DNA of 38,273 nucleotides from the NCBI GenBank assembly GCA_041082215.1, contig JBDOIF010000152.1, positions 65,235 through 103,507 on the forward strand, in the 5' to 3' direction. A program made the position numbers and the translations under genes. The notes beneath the pieces were generated by a model that worked only from the letters and a program-made list of their open reading frames with translations, made no database searches and was not told the origin of the DNA. This document shows, piece after piece, positions 33,450-38,273 of this stretch; the first letter of the stretch is position 1; each line of letters opens with the position of its first letter. This DNA comes from Anaerolineae bacterium (lineage in GTDB: Bacteria; Chloroflexota; Anaerolineae; B4-G1; DUEL01).

Positions 33450-34130
33450 ATGGGTGAAGCGGTTGTGCTGGCGCGGGAGGAGACGGAGCGGGGGGAGGTG
33501 GCGCTGCGGCGACGGTTGGGCGCCGACGGCGAGCCGGTCTACGAGATCATCTTTAACGGTGTCTTCCTGATGGCCAGCACCAACGGCCCCTCCGCCCGGG
33601 CGCTGGCCCGGCTGGGGCTGGAGCCCCTGGGCGGGCGGACGGGGCTGCGTGTGCTGGTCGGTGGGCTGGGGATGGGGTACACCCTTCAGGCGGTTCTGGA
33701 GCACCCGGGGGTGGTGAGGGTAGAAGTGGTGGAGATAGAACCACTCATCGTGGAATGGACCCGCACCTACTTCGGCCCGTTGAACGGGGAGGCGCTGTCC
33801 GATGGGCGGGTGAAGGTGGTGGTGGCGGACCTGGCCTGCTATCTGGAGGAAGCGGCCGGCCCCTACGACGCGGTTCTCCTGGATGTGGACAACGGCCCCA
33901 CCTGGCTGGTGCTGGAGGAGAACGCGGCTGTGTACGCTCCCCCGGCGTTGGGGCGGATACGGGACCTCCTGGCCCCCGGCGGGGTGCTGGCGGTGTGGGG
34001 GGCAGAGCCGGCCCCCGATTTCCTGGCCCTGCTCCGGCAGGCCTTCCCGTGGGCGGACGAGGTGGTTGTGGAGGAGACGGCGGAGGGGCGGAGGGCGGAC
34101 TATTTCATCTACCGGGCGGGAAAACGCTGA
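33450..34130 (+). CDS. Spermidine-synthase-like SAM-dependent transferase
   Basis: NGVFLM, VLVGGLGMGYT, VVEIEP, YDAVLLDVDNGP and PGGVLAVW. Confidence 0.85.
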   Translation: MGEAVVLAREETERGEVALRRRLGADGEPVYEIIFNGVFLMASTNGPSARALARLGLEPLGGRTGLRVLVGGLGMGYTLQAVLEHPGVVRVEVVEIEPLIVEWTRTYFGPLNGEALSDGRVKVVVADLACYLEEAAGPYDAVLLDVDNGPTWLVLEENAAVYAPPALGRIRDLLAPGGVLAVWGAEPAPDFLALLRQAFPWADEVVVEETAEGRRADYFIYRAGKR

Positions 34131-34194
34131 GGCGCTGAGGCACAGAGGCCCGGTGCTACTCCGTGCCTTCAGTGCCTTCGGTGCTCTCAGCATT
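34123..34194. repeat. Palindromic 8/9-nt-period element spanning two convergent stop codons
   Basis: cgctgagg cgctgagg cacagagg ... ctccgtgcc ttcagtgcc ttcggtgct ctcagcatt. Confidence 0.65.
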
Positions 34195-36612
34195 CAGCAG
34201 CGCCACTTCCAGCACCTCTTCCATCCGCTCCACCTTCACCACCTTTAACTGCCGCAGCACCCGGCGGGGGATCTCCACCAGGTCCGGCTCATTCTGCCTG
34301 GGGATGACCACCGTCTTAAGGCCGGCTCGGTGGGCGGCCAGGAGCTTTTCTTTGAGGCCGCCGACGGGCAGAACCCGGCCCCGCAGGGTGATCTCCCCCG
34401 TCATGCCCAGGTCCCGCCGCACAGGCCGGTTGGTCAGGGCGGAAATCAGCGCTGTAGCCATCGTGATCCCCCCGGAGGGGCCATCCTTGGGGATGGCTCC
34501 CTCCGGCAGGTGGATGTGGATGTCAGTCTTATCGAAGAGCTCGGGGTCCAGTTCCAGCTCCTCGGAGCGGGAGCGGGCGTAGCTCAGCGCGGCCTGGGCC
34601 GATTCCTGCATCACCTCCCCAAGCTGACCGGTGAGGATGAGGTTGCCCTTGCCGGGCATCAGCGTCACCTCTACCGGCATCAGATCGCCTCCCGCCTCGG
34701 TCCAGGCCAGCCCGGTTGCCAGGCCGACCTCGTCCTTTTCCTCCGTCTGGTCCCGCAGATAGCGGGGCGGCCCCAGATAGCGGGGCAGCACACCGGCGGT
34801 GATGTGCTGGAGGGGTTTCTTTCCTTCGGCCAGCCGGCGGGCCGCTTTTCGGCAGATGGAGGCGATCTCCCGCTCCAGATTCCGCACGCCGGCCTCGTAG
34901 GTGTATTCCCGGATCATCCGTCGCAGCGCTGCGTCGGTGAAGTGAAGCGGATGCTCTTCCAGGCCGTGTTCTTCAAGCTGGCGGGGGATGAGGAACCGGT
35001 GGGCGATCTCCATCTTCTCTTCTTCGATGTAGGAGGGAAACTCGATCACCTCCATCCGATCCCGCAGAGCGGGAGGGATGGGGTCAAGGGTGTTGGCAGT
35101 GGTGATGAAGAAAACGCGGGACAGGTTGTAGGGGACCTCCAGGTAGTGGTCGGAAAAAGCATGGTTCTGCTCCGGGTCCAGCACCTCAAGCAGCGCTGCC
35201 GCCGGGTCTCCCCGGAAGTCCAGCCCCAGCTTATCCACCTCGTCCAGCATGAGGACGGGGTTGACCGTTTTAGCCCGGCGCATCGTCTGGATGATGCGGC
35301 CCGGCATTGCGCCGATATAGGTCCGTCGGTGGCCCCGGATCTCCGCCTCATCCCGCACCCCTCCCAGGCTCATGCGGACGAAGTTCCGGCCCAGCGCTTT
35401 GGCGATGGATTGCCCCAGGCTGGTCTTGCCGGTCCCCGGTGGCCCCACAAAGCAGAGGATCGGGCTGCGCATCTTTCCTGGTGCCAGCTTCTTGACGGCG
35501 ATGTATTCCAGGATGCGCTCTTTGGCCCTGGGGAGGCCGTAGTGATTGGACTCCAGCACCTCTTCCACGTGCTTCAGGTCCAGGTTGTCTTCCGTCTCCT
35601 CCACCCAGGGCAGGTCCAGGATCCAGTCCAGATAGGTGCGGATGATGCCGGTCTCCGGGGCCATCGGCGGCATCGCCGCCAGCCGCTCCAGCTCCCTTTC
35701 TGCCTGTGCCCGCACCTCGTCCGGTAACCCGGCCTGGGCTATCCGTTCCCGGAGCTGGTTGATCTCCTGGGTGAAGGTATCCGTTTCTCCCAGCTCCGTC
35801 TGGATGGCCTTCATCTGCTCCCGCAGGAAGTATTCCCGCTGGCTCTTATCCACCTCCTGCTGGACGCGGGTGTGGATCTGGTCCTCCAGCTCCAGAACGT
35901 CCAGCTCCTTGGCCAGGAGGACGCTGATCCGCTGGAGGCGGGTGGCGATGTCGAGCGTCTCCAGGATCTCCTGCCGCTGGGCTGTCTCCAGGTTCAGGCT
36001 CTGGGCCACCAGATCAGCCAGCCAGCCTGGCTCGTGGATGTTCAGGGCGAAGACGTAGAGGTCCTCCGGCAGGGAGCGGTTCAACTGGACCACCTTTTCG
36101 AAGAGGGCCAGGACAGCGCGGACCAGCGCTTCGGTGAGGCGAGTCCGTTCGGTCGGTTCGACGATAGGCTTTGCCCGCACCCGGATGTAGGGTTCCAGAT
36201 GGATGTATTCCAGGATTTGGACCCGCTGATGGCCCTGGGCCAGGAGGTTCAGGGTGCCGTCCGGCATGCGGAGCATCCGCCCGATGATGATGTCGGTGCC
36301 GAAGGCGTACAGATTCTCCGGCCCTATCTCCTCTGCTCCGGAGTCTCGCTGAGCCACGGCGATGAGGGGTTCGTCCTGTTCCAGGGCCACCTCCACCGCC
36401 TCGATGGACTGATCCCGCCCCACCAGGATGGAGGAGACCATGCGGGGAAAGAAGACGATATCCCGCAGCGGCAGCAGCGGTCCCTCGATGATCTCCTCGG
36501 TCTGTTCTTCCAGGACCTCGTCCTCGAACTCAAACTCGCCAAAGGGAAAGGGACCGGGCTGGGCCCAGCCCATCTGCATCCACCATTCCCCCCATTCACG
36601 GTCCCAGCTCAT
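34156..36612 (-). CDS. lon: ATP-dependent Lon protease
   Basis: LPLRD N-domain, Walker [20 protein letters not shown], catalytic [13 protein letters not shown] and PVGGLKEK. Start could be at 36579. Confidence 0.97.
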   Translation of the reverse strand: MSWDREWGEWWMQMGWAQPGPFPFGEFEFEDEVLEEQTEEIIEGPLLPLRDIVFFPRMVSSILVGRDQSIEAVEVALEQDEPLIAVAQRDSGAEEIGPENLYAFGTDIIIGRMLRMPDGTLNLLAQGHQRVQILEYIHLEPYIRVRAKPIVEPTERTRLTEALVRAVLALFEKVVQLNRSLPEDLYVFALNIHEPGWLADLVAQSLNLETAQRQEILETLDIATRLQRISVLLAKELDVLELEDQIHTRVQQEVDKSQREYFLREQMKAIQTELGETDTFTQEINQLRERIAQAGLPDEVRAQAERELERLAAMPPMAPETGIIRTYLDWILDLPWVEETEDNLDLKHVEEVLESNHYGLPRAKERILEYIAVKKLAPGKMRSPILCFVGPPGTGKTSLGQSIAKALGRNFVRMSLGGVRDEAEIRGHRRTYIGAMPGRIIQTMRRAKTVNPVLMLDEVDKLGLDFRGDPAAALLEVLDPEQNHAFSDHYLEVPYNLSRVFFITTANTLDPIPPALRDRMEVIEFPSYIEEEKMEIAHRFLIPRQLEEHGLEEHPLHFTDAALRRMIREYTYEAGVRNLEREIASICRKAARRLAEGKKPLQHITAGVLPRYLGPPRYLRDQTEEKDEVGLATGLAWTEAGGDLMPVEVTLMPGKGNLILTGQLGEVMQESAQAALSYARSRSEELELDPELFDKTDIHIHLPEGAIPKDGPSGGITMATALISALTNRPVRRDLGMTGEITLRGRVLPVGGLKEKLLAAHRAGLKTVVIPRQNEPDLVEIPRRVLRQLKVVKVERMEEVLEVALLNAESTEGTEGTE

Positions 36613-36697
36613 TGTTCGCCTGTTACTCCCAAATTCGATTCAAGGTTCGAGGTATCTGCTTACCTGCTTCTCTGGATCGATCCGGAACGCCGGCTTT

Positions 36698-36780
36698 ATC
36701 ACGAATGGCGCAAATGGATTGAATCCCACAAATCGTGGAGCGTTTTTTGTGTGAATTCGCGCATTCGTGTCATTCGTGAT
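36698..36780. repeat. 83-bp palindromic 9-nt-period element (copy B, inverted relative to A)
   Basis: Reverse complement atcacgaatgacacgaatgcgcgaattcacaca...aaaacgctccacgatttgtgggattcaatccatttgcgccattcgtgat aligns end to end with 24783-24870. Confidence 0.8.
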
Positions 36781-36828
36781 GGCGTTAGGTAGTTACGATT
36801 CGAGATTCAAGATTCGAGATGCCTCATC

Positions 36829-38175
36829 TCATCGGTCGTTTTCCGGCAACGGGTTGCCGTTTTGTTCTGCCCACGCCTCGCGGGCCTCGGCTGCCAGGAA
36901 GACGGAGCCGGTGAAGAGAAGCCCACCCCCCGGCTCCAGCGCGGCCAGCGCCCGCTGGAGGGCCCGCTGCACGTTGACCGCCACCTCGGCTCCGCCGCCC
37001 ACCGAGGCAGCGATGTCGGCCAGCTCGATGGGGGAGGCTGCGCGGGGGTGTTCAGAGCGGGTGACGATCATGTAGTCGGTGATGGGGAGGAGCGCCTCCA
37101 GCATGCCAGCGATGTCCTTATCCGCCGAGGCTCCGAAGACCAGCACCCATCGCACGCCCGGGAACCATTCCTCCAGGGCAGTTCGAAGGACCTGGGCGGA
37201 GTAGGGATTATGGGCACAATCGGCCACCACCAGCGGGTCCCGCCCCAGCACCTCCATGCGGGCCGGCCATTCCACTGTGCGCAGCCCTTCCTCTACCGCT
37301 GACCGTTCCAGCCTGAAACCGCGGTCTGCCAGCGCCTGAAGGGCGGCCAGGGCGGTGGCCCCGTTCTCCAGTTGGTGGCGGCCCAGAAGGGGAATCCAGT
37401 AGGTTCCCGCCATCTCCGCCCCGCCGTCCCGCACCCGCCGGACGGTGAAGGACTGCCCCTCCAGGTCGAAGGGACCGGGATCCCACGTCCAGTCCCGTCC
37501 CACCTCGACCAGAGGGGCTTCCTGCTCCTGGCTCACCTGCTCGATCACGTGGATCGCCTCCGGCCGCTGCGGGGCACTGACCACCGGCACTCCCGGCTTG
37601 ATGATCCCCGCCTTTTCCCGGGCGATCTCTGGCAGGGTCTCGCCCAAAAGGTAGGTGTGGTCCAGGCTGAGGGAGGTGATAACGGACACCTCCGGCAGGA
37701 GGACGTTGGTGGCGTCCAGCCGCCCCCCCAGGCCGACCTCAGCCACCAGCATCCGGACGCCCCGGCGGGCGAAGTAGGCGAACGCCATCGCCGTGATCGC
37801 CTCGAAGGTGGTCACTCCTGGGATGCGGGCGACCAGCGGACGGATTTCCTCTACCAGCTCGATGACCTCTTCGCGGGAGATCAGCTCCCCGCCAACGCGG
37901 ATACGCTCACGGAACGTATGAAGATGAGGGGAGATGTAGAAGCCGGTGCGATACCCGGCGGCCCGGAGGGCAGATTCGATCATCGCGGCGGTGGAGCCTT
38001 TCCCCTTGGTGCCGGCGATATGGACGGAGGGGTAGGCCCGATGAGGGGCCCCCAGCTCGTCCAGCAGCCGTTCGACGCGGGAAAGGTCGAGCGTCTCCGG
38101 TGTATACCGCTCGATCCGCCGCTTCTCATAGTCGGTCAGGCTATGAAGGTACTCGATCGCCTCGCGATATGTCAT
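36829..38175 (-). CDS. folC: Folylpolyglutamate synthase / dihydrofolate synthase
   Basis: HIAGTKGKGST, SPHLHTFRERI, TTFE, EVGLGGRLDATN, LDH, EKAGIIK, WPAR, DCAHN and TGS. Start is ATG 38175 or GTG 38190. Confidence 0.95.
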   Translation of the reverse strand: MTYREAIEYLHSLTDYEKRRIERYTPETLDLSRVERLLDELGAPHRAYPSVHIAGTKGKGSTAAMIESALRAAGYRTGFYISPHLHTFRERIRVGGELISREEVIELVEEIRPLVARIPGVTTFEAITAMAFAYFARRGVRMLVAEVGLGGRLDATNVLLPEVSVITSLSLDHTYLLGETLPEIAREKAGIIKPGVPVVSAPQRPEAIHVIEQVSQEQEAPLVEVGRDWTWDPGPFDLEGQSFTVRRVRDGGAEMAGTYWIPLLGRHQLENGATALAALQALADRGFRLERSAVEEGLRTVEWPARMEVLGRDPLVVADCAHNPYSAQVLRTALEEWFPGVRWVLVFGASADKDIAGMLEALLPITDYMIVTRSEHPRAASPIELADIAASVGGGAEVAVNVQRALQRALAALEPGGGLLFTGSVFLAAEAREAWAEQNGNPLPENDR

Positions 38176-38205
38176 GCTCGTATTCTGCACCTCTTCAGTT
38201 TGAGG

Positions 38206-38233
38206 ATTGTACCGCGTTTGTGGGGATTTGCAA
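38206..38233 (-). promoter_or_regulatory. Promoter for folC(-lon)
   Basis: Minus strand reads TTGCAA-16 nt-TACAAT. Confidence 0.55.
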
Positions 38234-38273
38234 GTAGGGGCGACCGGCAGGTCGTCCCTCCCCCGGCGACCGG
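38234..38273. repeat. REP-like GTAG palindrome with a partial second copy at the window edge
   Basis: gtaggggcgacc-ggca-ggtcgtccc followed by ggcgaccgg. Confidence 0.6.

Overview
GC-rich bacterial window with no rRNA, tRNA or CRISPR array seen. Protein and repeat style suggest an anaerobic Chloroflexota/Anaerolineae-like organism (inference). From left to right: (1) a minus-strand energy cluster of DRTGG protein, CBS-RsbT-like kinase, group 3b [NiFe]-hydrogenase (hydBGDA plus maturation protease), receiver protein and histidine kinase, then a separately promoted FlxCBA-like Fe-S/flavoprotein set, a tiny membrane protein and an ArsA/GET3 ATPase cut by the window edge. (2) rfbD and a GT2 glycosyltransferase. 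(3) A lower-GC three-gene island: DNA methyltransferase with N-terminal Zn-finger/HTH and a degenerate duplicated MTase half, an unknown protein, and a PD-(D/E)XK nuclease. (4) A candidate undescribed membrane module: two paralogous SPFH-like proteins (one with an apparently circularly permuted beta-sandwich ectodomain), a TPR protein with an S24/LexA-like tail, and a PfkB kinase. (5) prfA-prmC-tsaC, a MITE-like element and cysC. (6) GNAT; DUF1638 plus a pterin-binding corrinoid methyltransferase. (7) zur-znuACB followed by DUF523, a DUF3524/GTDC1-like glycosyltransferase, a membrane protein and a spermidine-synthase-like protein. (8) lon and folC. Gene junctions are densely populated by 7/8-nt tandem repeats and 9-nt-period palindromic elements, some recruited into coding sequence. 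All family calls are by motif recognition; no database search was run.
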